A stretch of 62,839 nucleotides of DNA, filler included, from Choristocarpus tenellus KU-1152 (lineage: Eukaryota; Protista; Phaeophyceae): the NCBI GenBank assembly GCA_964200185.2. It is 8 parts of 8 records of this genome, joined end to end, with 100 filler letters (N's around TTAATTAATTAA, not from the genome) between each part and the next. Parts side by side here need not be neighbours in the genome. Positions count along the whole stretch, not along the records: positions 50,678 to 54,188 come from CAXNAD020019538.1; positions 54,289 to 57,220 come from CAXNAD020023556.1; positions 57,321 to 62,839 come from CAXNAD020010541.1; 5 more parts are not named here. One strand, given 5' to 3'. Position 1 is the stretch's first letter. Every line of letters begins with the position of its first letter. This document shows, one piece after another, positions 51,266 through 62,839 of the stretch. A program made the translations under genes and the position numbers. The notes beneath the pieces are model-generated. The model had not been told where the DNA came from, ran no database searches, and worked only from the letters and a program-made list of their open reading frames with translations.

Positions 51266-52723
51266 TTAATCCACAGTGCCGCCAGTCCTGCTGGTGCCTA
51301 CCCCTCTCCATGCTACTTTCACTTTTGCCGTGGCTGCGGTGGTTGGGGCCTGTCCTGTCATGAGCGCATGGGGCGGGGGCAGGGAATCGTTGTGTGGGGC
51401 CTCCTTCCAACCCACCCCATTCCCGTGTACCACCTCATGCTCCGGATGTTACATAGGGGTAGGGTGGAAGCAGGGATGATGGCAGCGAGGGATGATGGCT
51501 CAGTGATCCCAGCGAACGTAGTGGTCCGGGCCATGATGCTTTGGTCCGTGGTGCTCCGGGGGAGTGGTTCCTTGAGACCTGGTGCTTGGGGTCGCACTGT
51601 CTTGACCCGTGGGCCATCGGGCCATGCTTCTGGTCGACAGGGGTAGGGGTAGGGCACCAGTCTTGGACTTTGTGGAAGTGCTGGCGACATGGTTCCCCTT
51701 GAATCGCCCTCCACTCTGTTCATGCATACGGCCATGATGGTTGCCACCGGGACCGTCCCGGTGATGACAATGGTGGTGAAGCCGTCTGCCCGGCCCCTCC
51801 TCCCCACCACGCCTTCCACTGTGGCAAGAGTGATGGTTGTCCTGGGGACACTTGAAACATTCCTTTTCCTCGCCCTTGCTGAGCCTGCCATAGCTCATGC
51901 GAATGTGAAGACAACACCACCCCTAGGCCCCATGAGGTCCATGAGACCCAGTCGGACGAAACGCCTCAGCCCGACTCCAATGGTGTTGAGGAGGGGCTTC
52001 ACGTCTCTGGGACGAAGGTGCACCCCATTGGCCTTGAGGGCAGCGTGCATGGGGCATCTGTCGGGTCGGCATTGACCTTGGTGGGGACCCTCACTGCTGC
52101 TTGCCCCGTCGCTCGTCCAGGATGCATCGGTGCTGCTCCACCCCTCCTAGTCTTTTGCAGTTGGAGTTGGGGTTTTGGGCACGATGTTGCAGTCCGTAAC
52201 GCGTTCCGACCCCTTGATGAACCCGCGAAACTTCTTCTCGGTAGTTGATTTGACCAGGCCACGCTTGACCAGGCGGCAAGGACGGGAGCGAAGGAGATCG
52301 ATCACCTGGTCGAGCTGTGCAGGGGTGATGATCACGCCATGTGCCTGTCCCAGACGACGCGACGCAGCGGTGTGCAGCTCACTCATCTACTCAGCCTCCT
52401 TGTCTGCAGGTCGAGAGACGTCTGTGTCCTGGCTTCCCTGGATCCGTGAGCGATTGTCCGAGCTGATGTACTTCACTTGAAGCGGGGATGGACTGGTTTG
52501 AAGGGCCAGTGCAAGCTCGCCCGTGCTGTCGAACGTGATGTCTTCCTTCTTGGTGTTGTCTCTGTAGGAGAAGCGAAGGTTGACGGTGGGGCTGAGCCCC
52601 CCAAATAGGCCTCGGCAAAGACCTCTTTCAGCCCGCCCATGGAAGGTGGCTGAGGGATTTGAGAGTACTCTTGGCTCCTTGGAATTCGATCTTGATTTGG
52701 ATTGTAGACATGATTGTAGACAT
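51266..52723 (-). pseudogene. Disrupted intronless gene for a PB1-domain protein with a His/Pro/Gly-rich tail
   Basis: MSTIQIKIEFQG / LKEVFAEAY / GLSPTVNLRFSYRDNTKKEDITFDSTGELALAL (PB1-like) is spread over three frames; in-frame stops at ~52388, ~52148 and ~51896; GC-richer than its flanks. Confidence 0.62.
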
Positions 52724-54188
52724 AGTTTTGTGTTTCTGAAAGGTTTTTGGGGGTTGGTTGTGGGGATGTTGTTGAATGATGGATGGCCTGTTTGTCGATT
52801 GTTCCGCCTTTGCCTCTATTTTCGACTTCTTACTCGTAATAAAAGACACTACTCTTATACGAACGTGGCGTAGTCTTCGCATATCAATCCTCGTTCTTCG
52901 TGCGTATTATGTAGTATTACTATTACTATTCATTCATATTTATATCATATATATATATTACCAAAGAGCAGGCGCCGACCGGGCCTTGTCTTTGATTTGT
53001 AGTATTAATGTCAATACACTCAGAAACTGCTATCAATATACGTTCCTTCACTCACTCACATGTACGTACTGCTAATAGTATTGTAGTATCGTGCCTAACA
53101 AGATATCAAAATATGATCGACCCAAGAATCGCCACCCCACCTCCCTACCCCTCCCCTTCCTTTGCCCGTCTTGTACGTATAGTAGTAGTACAAAAACACC
53201 TGCTCATCTGTTGACCGTGAACGAAGAAGGCGGGATACTCAGTTAGCTCTAAGGAGGAGTGGTATGTACACATTTTATACATACTTCCGTACCACCATTA
53301 TGTGGTATAGGTGTGCTTGAAGTGCTCCATTTGCCGTCATCACATGCGCCACTCACACTCACTCCACATCCCACACTGTGAAGCCCTCCCTCCAAACGTT
53401 TCATGATACAAGTCATCTTGTGTATATTGTTGATATAGTATGCACATATATTAAGATGGTGCATAAAATCGGTGCAAACTGTTGTTGCGTCAAAGCGCCG
53501 TCTGCCGCAACAGACTACTACTACAAAGGAGGAGCAGTAGTAGTAGTAGTGCGCGCATGCGTGCGTTCGTGCATGCGTTCGAGCCACTCTCGCTTAATTT
53601 TCCAGTTGGTCTGGGCTTGGTGATGTTTCTACTCCTCCTCCTCCACTACCTCCTCTCTATCCCACGCAATATCATCATCATCAATTTCGCCATGAATTTT
53701 AAGTAAACTGTTACAGCATACAGTCTCCGATGACAATTGACTATTATAATATCCTCTCTCTGGATGTTCCGCTGTGTCTAACCATGCCGGGTTTCTTTTG
53801 GAGGCCAACTGGTAAGTGATGATACTATTACACTATACATATAATGCAACTCCCCTTCTTCTACTTCAACAAAAAGAAACACTACTACTTACTAAGGCAG
53901 AAATATGGTAGTTACTACTCATTACTTGCTACGCTTGTTGCGTCGATCAACTCTGTTGCGTCATTGTGGTGCTGCTCCTTGCCCTCCTGTGGTTGTTCAG
54001 CTGATCGATCTGGCTGCGTTGCTAAAGGGGAGGTGGAGAGTGTATTCCAATAGTAGAGACGCCACTATGCACTACCTACTCCGTATATCATGTTGTGTTA
54101 CAGTATGATGCGCTGTTAAGAATATGCTTTCTATTCATGTGTAAAAGAAGATTCTGTAGAAGAAACAATTTAAGAATGAAGAGAAGTT

Positions 54189-54288
54189 NNNNNNNNNNNN
54201 NNNNNNNNNNNNNNNNNNNNNNNNNNNNNNNNTTAATTAATTAANNNNNNNNNNNNNNNNNNNNNNNNNNNNNNNNNNNNNNNNNNNN
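54189..54288. other. Artificial contig linker
   Basis: N44-TTAATTAATTAA-N44. Confidence 0.99.
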
Positions 54289-55068
54289 CCTTCATCTTTG
54301 TTGCTATGGACCGTCTTGTGATCTTCACAAAAGAATAGAACAGATCCCACAATGCCGTGAAATGATTGCAGCCTATCGTGCAGTAAATGGATTGGATAAC
54401 CAGTAAGAATTATTGTCCCTCGTGTTGGTGACTTGAGAATTCGTGTTTACCGTTATCATACTCCTTTGAATAGTCTGTATATCATGCATTGCTGTCGTGT
54501 CATAACCTATCGTGTCAGTAAAGAGATTATCGTGGGTATGTGCGGTACAGATCATGGCCAATTTTTAGTTTTTAGTTTTTAGTTTTTGTTGCTGATTTTT
54601 TTCTGGTTCTTCTTTCTTTTTTTGGTTGTTTGAATTGTGTGTTTGTATACTTCTATTAGGTCTAGTGTCCTTTGGCCAGATCTCGTTGTACCAACATGCT
54701 ATAACCTTTACATAGGTTGTCCATCTAATTTAGACAAATCGTGTTTGTGTCATTTTGTCATAGATAGCTATAGTCTATCGTTTTGTCAAGTGATGAGATA
54801 ACTGGAAACAGATGCCAGTTAACCTGTTCACGTCCAGCTCTGACTTGGCATCTCGTGTTTACCAGGTTTATCAATCCTTGCAAATAGACTATACATAAAT
54901 GTTGGTGGATTAGGTAAATTAGTATACAATTAATTCTATCTCTCAACTCTCCTCGTTGCATGAGTGGACACATGCGGTGGTGAAGAGACCGTTATCACCA
55001 GGCACATTATATTAGCTTGTGTATGCTAAAGGTGGCTGTTCATTACATCATGTCACGTTTCCATGAAA

Positions 55069-55216
55069 TAACTGCCGATTTCAAAAATTGAGGATGGAGC
55101 TTTTCATGGAGGATGGGCTTGACCCAAAATCATATCGACACTTTATCCCTGTCAATTTTGGGTCAAGCCCATCCTCAATGAAAAGCTCCATCCTCAATTT
55201 TTGAAATCGGCTGTTA
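55069..55216. mobile_element. 148-bp fold-back/hairpin MITE (62-bp arms, 2 mismatches)
   Basis: TAACTGCCGATTTCAAAAATTGAGGATGGAGCTTTTCATGGAGGATGGGCTTGACCCAAAAT and its reverse complement ending at 55216; related sequence at 33071-33110. Confidence 0.8.
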
Positions 55217-57220
55217 AATTGATTTATTGATCATCATGAAATGACTAACACCATCCTCAAACAGAAAAAAATAGGAGACTCAAGTCTACCACCAGGTAAG
55301 AGATGGAGACTTAAGGTGAGCCATACATGTTATTTGTTTATTTATTTTTGTGTGGCATGACCCCCTGACATGATGTAATGACCGTACAGCCACCTCGTAT
55401 CGTTTTAGGAGAGTCGAGCCACCAACATCGTACGTTTATCCGAGTTGTGCACTTGGAATATTGTTGTCGTGACCAATATTTCCAATCGAAGTCAGAATTG
55501 AGGAAGGAGAATGGGTGCACACATTTGATCTCTTCATTTGCTGTGTTGATTTTATTGCGTAACACGCGATGTTGTTTTCACGCATCGGAGTGGTGATCAA
55601 ATCATCGTGTAACACTTACAGCAATGTCGAATCACAAACACTAGTCAAATCGTTTTATTGACATCGTGTGTAGTGTTTGCTCCTCGTATCCCCATTCTGA
55701 GTATATCCTCTGTTTTATACAAGATATTAGAGACCTATATGCTGGTCACATATACCTCTCGCCTCGTCTTTAGGCTGACTGACATGCTGATCCCATACAC
55801 TCAGACCTTGTTCGTAAGCTTGATTGGTGTGCTTACCACACACCATCAACCTTTAGGCTATGTTATCCTGATCAGATATCCATCGTTAGCCTCGTTTATA
55901 TTGTATACTTCCTTCGTGTTAATGGAGTCGTGTAATACAATGGTATAATGTATACTAACAATCACACATGTTTCCCATTTCGCTCTCAGAACTCACCTTT
56001 TGGTTGACCTTGAATCGTGTTTACATGGCTTCAAGGCCGATCAGAGGGGGGCGTGATGTGGAAAGCACGTTTGTCTGTTCTAATACCGTTATTGCCGTAT
56101 GCCATATGCCCTTATACCGTGGTACCGATTAAAGTTCCCAGTCAAGAGTTCATGATTCCACGGACAGACTTTCTCTCCGAATGTCACGCATGGAAGATCC
56201 ACTTTGTTCACGTCTTGACTGGTGGTGATGAAGCCCCACCTTTGATGGTGCTCCTCACTCCTAAGTTTTACACTTGACCAACCAACCTTACTTTCGTACC
56301 CTCGGTCACGGTTCGTCCTTGTTCATGTGGTCTATCTTTCTCAATGATTCTCTTCACCACCCTTGCCTGAGTGAACCACGCCGCCACAGAATGACACGAT
56401 TCACAAAATACTCGAATATATTTCGTTTTTCTCAAACTACTGTATTTCATTTTGGGCCAAGATTATTGATCTATTTTATTATTGCTCCTTAACATTTGTA
56501 CATGGGCCTATTCATGTATTTTATTATTATGCTCTCTCACGTTGTTTTTCTTGACAGTATAGTACGATACAGATATTATAGACACAACTAGTTGTGGTGT
56601 AAATTAATATTAATTATATAAATGTTAGAGGACATAACACGTACGTCACTTTTCACTGTTACTTTTTTATTGATTCTTCTGATATATGAATAATTTTGTT
56701 TCTTTGATACATCTACAAAATATAAGGCAGCATAATAATAAAAAGACTATAATATTCTACATAGAATATATAATCAAAAAGCAGAAAGAAGACAATCTAC
56801 AATTCTCTGATGATATTTATTTTATGTTTTACATTTTAATATTATTAATCCAAGATAATATTAATAATAGTTTTATATTGAAGTATGTGTTTGTAGGTAT
56901 ATCTAAGCACATTACTGTTGTATCAGAACGCAGAAAATTTCCAGACTACTCCAACGACCATTCTGTAAGAATGCTTCTATTATTAAAAGAATTTGGATAT
57001 CAACCAATTGATCAAACCTATATATTTACATCTGCTGTAAGAAGTAGTGGTAAGATCGGAACACATCTATACACCTCTTCATCGACGACTACATCGAACT
57101 TATCATTCCTCCCTTACCGTTCGCATCACACCAAAATATCCTCCTGTGTGTGTGTGTGCGTGTGAGGGTGTGTGGGTGGGTGTGTGTGGGTGGGTGTGGG
57201 TGTGTGCTGACCTCGACAGG

Positions 57221-57320
57221 NNNNNNNNNNNNNNNNNNNNNNNNNNNNNNNNNNNNNNNNNNNNTTAATTAATTAANNNNNNNNNNNNNNNNNNNNNNNN
57301 NNNNNNNNNNNNNNNNNNNN
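57221..57320. other. Artificial contig linker
   Basis: N44-TTAATTAATTAA-N44. Confidence 0.99.
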
Positions 57321-60160
57321 CCAAGATACTTTGACCCACTAGACAGGGCATGGGATGCATTTTCTGCGGCAATATCTTCGAGGTGGTGGTTGGGTGCTTT
57401 AGGTTTCTTTTCTCCCTTCCTATGTTTTTTTTTAGTGTGCCTCAACGCATTACAGGGTTGATACATATTTGGGTGTCTGTATCTTCACCCTTCTTTAGAG
57501 TTCCACTTCACTTTGAAAGTTTAGGTTGTGCCATTGATGTATACACTCCACACTGCTCGGTGTTCGTTTTTGTATCTTTTTACCCCTTCATCCACCAATC
57601 CGATGACAAAATCAACCTCTTACACTCAAAATGACCAAAATCACCTTCCTCTAAGAGACTTTGACTCTTAAGGAGGCAGTACAAAATTGTGTAAATTAGC
57701 GTACAAGGGGGTTCGACAGAGAAACGATCAAGACAATTCTCAGAAAACCTACTTGATAAGAAGGTCAGGAAAAGGGCGGAAATATCCAGTGGGGAGTTTT
57801 GAAAGAGGTGTGGGGTCTGTTCGTGGATAGTGCTGCTGATACACTATAGACACCACCAGTGGAGTAGATAATAGGATGGAGAGGCTGTGATAGATATACC
57901 ATATGTATTGAGTCCCTAGTCTCCATTGATTTGTGGCATGTTCTACATACGCTTGCTACATTGAAGACAAGTAAATAAGTGATTGATAATAAATTAGTGT
58001 GGATGATTGCAAACCCCACACTATAGGAATAGTAATGGGTGCCACTAGTTGTGAGCCCCACAAGCTCAGTCAGTGGAATCGAGACCACAAGCCCCTTGTA
58101 AGACTAATATTGTATATTCACACCAAGCTACTTATTGTCCTCTATCAAGGCGCACGATTGATCATCTAACCGCGGGTCCAGTGTGGAATATTTCAACAGG
58201 GTCCGTAACAAGTTGACCTATTGAAGACATAGTGTCTGACAAGCAAGGAAAGGAGACAACTTCATATAATGTTGTACCTATGAGCTTTGGTTGACAGCTT
58301 TATTACTTTATGAAGAAGAAGACACAGTAAATGTGATTGAATAGGTTGAAAAATGAACTATTGAGAGTCTCGCCTTCTACCTACTACATGGGCTTAGAAT
58401 GTTCAAATTTGAGGCAGAATCACAACAGTAGTCATATCCTGATCGTAATATGTTCTCGCCACTGGCTTGGATATCATGTTTGGTTGGGGCAGATTTCCCT
58501 GCATCTTTGAGTCTTGTAGCTACGCACACTGAATGAATGATTGCGAATGATTACTGGTTTACGTGAATAAATAACGTAATGAACATTCTGATCTATTTTT
58601 TTTTCTCGAATCACTTCCAAGCACCTATGTTATTCTTAGACGCTGGAATGTACGTGTTCTTGTTCTGAGTTAGGATGATTGTTCAGAACATGAACATGAT
58701 GACAATAATGCACTGAGCTTCTACATATCTTCCGAGGGAACCGAGATATATGGGTCTATGAAGGTCCCATACGCTCCCTTGAAGCTGAATGGCCAGAAAA
58801 ATGGCGTGTCGGCCTTATCCGTGTCATTAATATCCCCTTCTTATCACTGTTGACTTTCTTTTCCACCTTCTATCATTTCAGTTAGGAATTTGCTATATCT
58901 TGTTATTGATAGCGAATCAAATCAACGGAGAGGTAGGCAGGATTGTGTTTTGAGGATCCCCAGCAAGGGCCAAAAGATCTTATTTTGTACATTTGCAGTA
59001 AGAGTCTTTGCTGAATTGTGATGTAATTTTAGTGTGCAAAGTGGATAAGGCAAATGAAATAGAGTGCATTGCACATCGTAAGAAATAAGGCTTGGAATGC
59101 AAAAGGGTATAAACTTCCCATCTCTCAATTGATTTGGATCAGCTCGGAAGTCAAGTTTCTTCCTAACTATGAATCTTAAAGTACAGGAACTGGCAAAGAA
59201 ACTGTAAGGGTATGATAACTTGTTGGCACATCAGCAAACAAGGAACACACTGCCAGAGTAACGAGAGGTATCCAGGTTTTGTCCAATTTGTATAATAAGC
59301 CAGTTTTTCAACATTTTTCAATTTATTTGTGTTTGTATGGATGAAGACCTAAATTGAATTGAGAGGGTCGATTTCTCTACTGTTTGAAACTTTTCGACAG
59401 AATTCGGAAAATATTCTGCACGCTTTTATAAAAAAGTTGAATTCTGGAAATATTTCAGGCATCCAAAAACATGCAACACTGCATACCTCTCGTTTGCTTG
59501 GACTCACACACCCTCTTGCATGCACATGAAGGACAAGGGTGCTAAGTACTTCTGGAATAATGTTGAGACAACATTGTCATGGCTATCTCAAGAACCACTT
59601 GAACATATATGCAACATACATTGTAGAGAAGGGGGAAGGACATCAATAACATATGTATGGAGTTTTGTAGCCAGGTTGACCCAAAACACTTAAAATGGTA
59701 GGGGTTTTTCCCTCTTTGACCGTTTGGAACTTGGCTTCCCAATAGTTTTTTATGCCCTTTTTCGGTTTCCTACACAGTTACTTACTCCGAAAAATCTCGG
59801 AATACGACCATGAAAAGTGTCTCTGGAGCAAGGATACTGACACTTGGTAACAAGAACGGTAGTCAAAATGAAAAAAAAAAAGCACAACATTGGATTTATT
59901 GCCCTGAACGGATGTGGCCCTACCCTCTCAAATAGTTTGGGTCATTGTGTTATAGTTAATTGGTTCATTGGGGGCATATCAATAGAGCAAACCCAAACGT
60001 TGTTGCTGGTCATGCTATGTCTTTGCCATACACACAGCAGTTGCAAGACCTTACAAGATAATTCCACAAAATTTACACGTCTCCACCAGAAATACGTGAT
60101 GCACAACGATGGTGAAATACTCTTGTTGCAGCAATAAAGATACCGTAGCTTCTCCATGAA

Positions 60161-60418
60161 GAGTGAAAGTATCTTAGAGGGTAGAGCCATGTCCGTTTGG
60201 GGACAAAAATCCAATATTGCGATTTTGATCTAATTTTGGCTATCGTGTTTATTAGGAAGTGTAAACATCTTTGTTCCGGACACACCTTTTCATAACATAA
60301 GCGATTTACTTGTTTTCAAACATTTCGGAGTAGGAAAATATAATAAAAAACATGTGGAAAGTCAAGCCCCAAACGGACAAACAGGTCATAACTAGTACCC
60401 TCTAAGATACTTTCACTC
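60161..60418. mobile_element. 258-bp MITE with TIRs and 4-bp TSD (TGAA), Sola-like
   Basis: tgaa|GAGTGAAAGTATCTTAGAGGGTA...TACCCTCTAAGATACTTTCACTC|tgaa; perfect 23-bp TIR. Confidence 0.9.
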
Positions 60419-60794
60419 TGAAGTCAATCGGTGGCACTTTCCTCTGGAGAATTCTCTCATTTTTTCATTTAATATTTTATGACCAAAAAACCTACCATAC
60501 CCTTTCTGCCATTTTGTACATGTTGACAGAGAAAAGCCTTCCACTTTAAAAATAAGTTCTTTTCTCTGGTAATGAAGAGATTTTCTGATTAGTGTGCATA
60601 ATACATTCTGCTCCCCTTACCGTTGTCATCTTCCACAATAAGCTTCCAGCTTGTCCCCATGACTATACATATCAAGGGTGGATATCTGCCTTATTCCTCT
60701 TGCAGTGTGCCCAGTAACTGCGGCGCACACATTCCCATCTGAAGCAAAATATGGACATCGATCCAAATTCGTTCTTCAACCTGCAGTTCAATAC

Positions 60795-62719
60795 CCAAAC
60801 ATCAATTTCATCCATCCCCTCCTCATTGTCCTCGACAACATCAAGCTGCACCATGCATGTCCCTTTTGACAAGTCCAGTGATGTTACCCTTCCAGAACGA
60901 AGGTCCTCACCATGGCGTTCAGCATTGAGAAAAATCTTTCTAACCTTGCCCTGAGATGAGGGGGCTAGTCGAACAAGAACCTTCCTACCATTCTTGATGC
61001 TCTGTCCGAATTTAGGCTCCTCCGGACCAAATTGAAGAAGCATCTGTACCCGAATTGATGTTTTTTCAGAGGGGGGAGGGTAAGAGGATCTGCAGTTACA
61101 CTATACATTGACAACGAATAAAATTAGTCTTTTGCTTTGTGTTTGAATGACTACTTCCTGTCCTCCCCTTCAGATTATTTATCAAAATATCACAATAAGC
61201 TTCATTGTGGAATGCTATGGCAGAGCTCTATCTAGTTGTAGTCGCTACTTCAAAATACATGAAATATGCAGTATTGCATTTTTCTGTTGGTTCTATTTTG
61301 GAGTATGATGGAGCATTAAAAAGCTGTAACGTAAAAACAAGGTATACGGTGATCACATTTCCAGTAGAGTGTCGTTGTAGTTCAGAATTCAGCATTTCGT
61401 TTCGAAGGAATGCATGGGTTCAGTCTCAGTCAGCGGGAATTTCCTTGGTGATAGATGACTAGATTCTAAGGGATCATCATTTCAATGAGGGAAATGGATA
61501 AGCATGCTTTACTTATTCATAAGATCTATACCTGGATACTCACTCTTTTCCACTCGTTCAGGCCAGTGTATGACTTATACATGTGCTCTATAGAAGCAGA
61601 ACATACCCCATTCCTGATTAACACAGTTTTGTTCTACTCAAAGGAAGCAAGAATATTCTGTTGAGCCTTCTCTCTGCTTAATTCCTTCCCTAAATCTGAA
61701 CCAATTTCAACAAGTGGTCGGACAGTCACTGACTTGCTCTTGTGTTGCACACTAGTTGCATGGATTGAGGAAATGAAACAAAAGCTTGGAAGTTGAAAGA
61801 AGTATGAAAGAATAGTGAAGAGTAATCTCTCTGTTTAGAAATGCATAGGAGCCACTTGTCCGCACCCAGAATTCAAACAGTACAGTGATATTCTATCCCC
61901 CTCCATCTTTGTTCCCGTCCTTGTGTCGTCTTCTCAAGGTGCTGCCATGCAAGGTTCCTCACCGTAGTGTAGAAAAAAAGCGAGAAGACGAGGCTCTGAG
62001 AGATTATGAAGAGGATCACGGCACCAAACTTGAGAAAGAATATAATGTACGCAAACAGGAGTGGAATTGATGCGCCAATGGTGGAGATAGCACTGTAAAT
62101 TTCCAAACATAGGGAGTCCCCCAAATCCAAATGGGAACAGCAATGTAATGAGTTGGAGTTGGTGTTAGGGGCTCATATGTGTGAATATGTTTGGTTTGTG
62201 TATTTGCCACCTCTGCTATGCTTGAAGCAAGTTCATATGCACCAAGTCGATGGAAATGTGTACACAAAGGCCTCCGGCTAATGTGAATAAAAGTATGAAG
62301 CAATAGCAATGTTTGCACTCATCCAAGCAGAAGTTCGGCCGCTGATAGCTAAATATTTGAGAAAAAAAGAGGTTTCCTTGCATAGGCGCAGCTACTATCC
62401 ACAAAACAGTTCAATCACCCGACAACACCATGACGTCCAAAACGAAATGATAAGATGCAGTTCTCGTTGGAGAAATCTATTCACAGTACATAGTCCCAAG
62501 GCCCCTTGGTTTTGTATTGCGCCTACAACACAAAAAAATGTGTTAAATTTCACTGAAGTACTGCACAAGTACTGCACGAAGCATTATTTCTCACCCAGAT
62601 AGGACCGAGATGCCCATGATTTCGAGCATTTTCTTTGTTCTCGCCTCTCTGGTCTTCTCTTGTGACCCAAGGTATGCATCAGAGAGATGGATAGTGTAGT
62701 CGACGCTGAAGCCAACCAC
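60795..62719 (-). CDS. Patched/Dispatched (RND, sterol-sensing family) membrane protein, 3' exons
   Basis: Exons 62719-62595, 62092-61963 and 61043-~60795 (3' end uncertain): VVGFSVDYTIHLSDAY...MGISVLSG|AISTIGASIPLLFAYIIFFLKFG...FSLFFYTT|MLLQFGP. GFSVDYxxH and the last TM helices ending in GP are family hallmarks. Confidence 0.88.
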
Positions 62720-62839
62720 CTGTGACTCGGACCAAGGGTTATGGGTAGAAATAAGGTTCTCCACAAGAATCACCATTGGCAACATATTATCTCAAAGGGT
62801 CAAAGTATCTGAGGGGGGGTGTCGGCGTCCGTTTTTCAC

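Noticed and set aside
51059-52075. Long plus-strand ORFs (195, 154 and 128 aa)
   Set aside because: Antisense shadows of the GC-rich minus-strand PB1 pseudogene
56686-57165. 159-aa ORF as a standalone gene
   Set aside because: The first half is low-complexity AT-rich intron-like DNA and the end runs into a TG microsatellite; only 56897-57049 looks exonic
58050-58100. AGCTCAGT A-box-like motif (tRNA/SINE)
   Set aside because: No B box or cloverleaf could be formed
1-62839. Treating the genes as a functional cluster or operon
   Set aside because: They lie on separate concatenated contigs and have unrelated housekeeping functions

Overview
Eukaryotic, intron-rich genomic DNA made of 8 assembly pieces joined by 7 artificial 100-nt linkers (N44-TTAATTAATTAA-N44), so adjacency across linkers means nothing. 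A bipartite signal+'SAF' plastid presequence suggests a secondary-red-plastid alga such as an ochrophyte (inference). Most ORFs in the supplied track are spurious; the real genes are spliced and were rebuilt by hand. They are: a GltS-like Na+/glutamate symporter-family gene (-, partial); a divergent UBR-box N-recognin E3 ligase (+, partial, with a GC-AG intron); a plastid-targeted NAD(P)-binding Tic62-like SDR (-, partial); a complete 3-exon TMEM222/RTE1-like gene (+); one CysQ-like exon; the 3' half of an MFSD13A-like transporter (+); a disrupted intronless PB1-domain gene (-); and the 3' part of a Patched/Dispatched-family gene (-). Introns and intergenic DNA carry DD39D-type mariner relics, probable hAT relics, a ~260-bp MITE family with 4-bp TSDs (Sola-like), a 148-bp hairpin, a 2.2-kb long-inverted-repeat element and a ~130-bp x10 diverged tandem array. 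No CRISPR array, rRNA or tRNA, and no clearly novel multi-gene system, could be supported.
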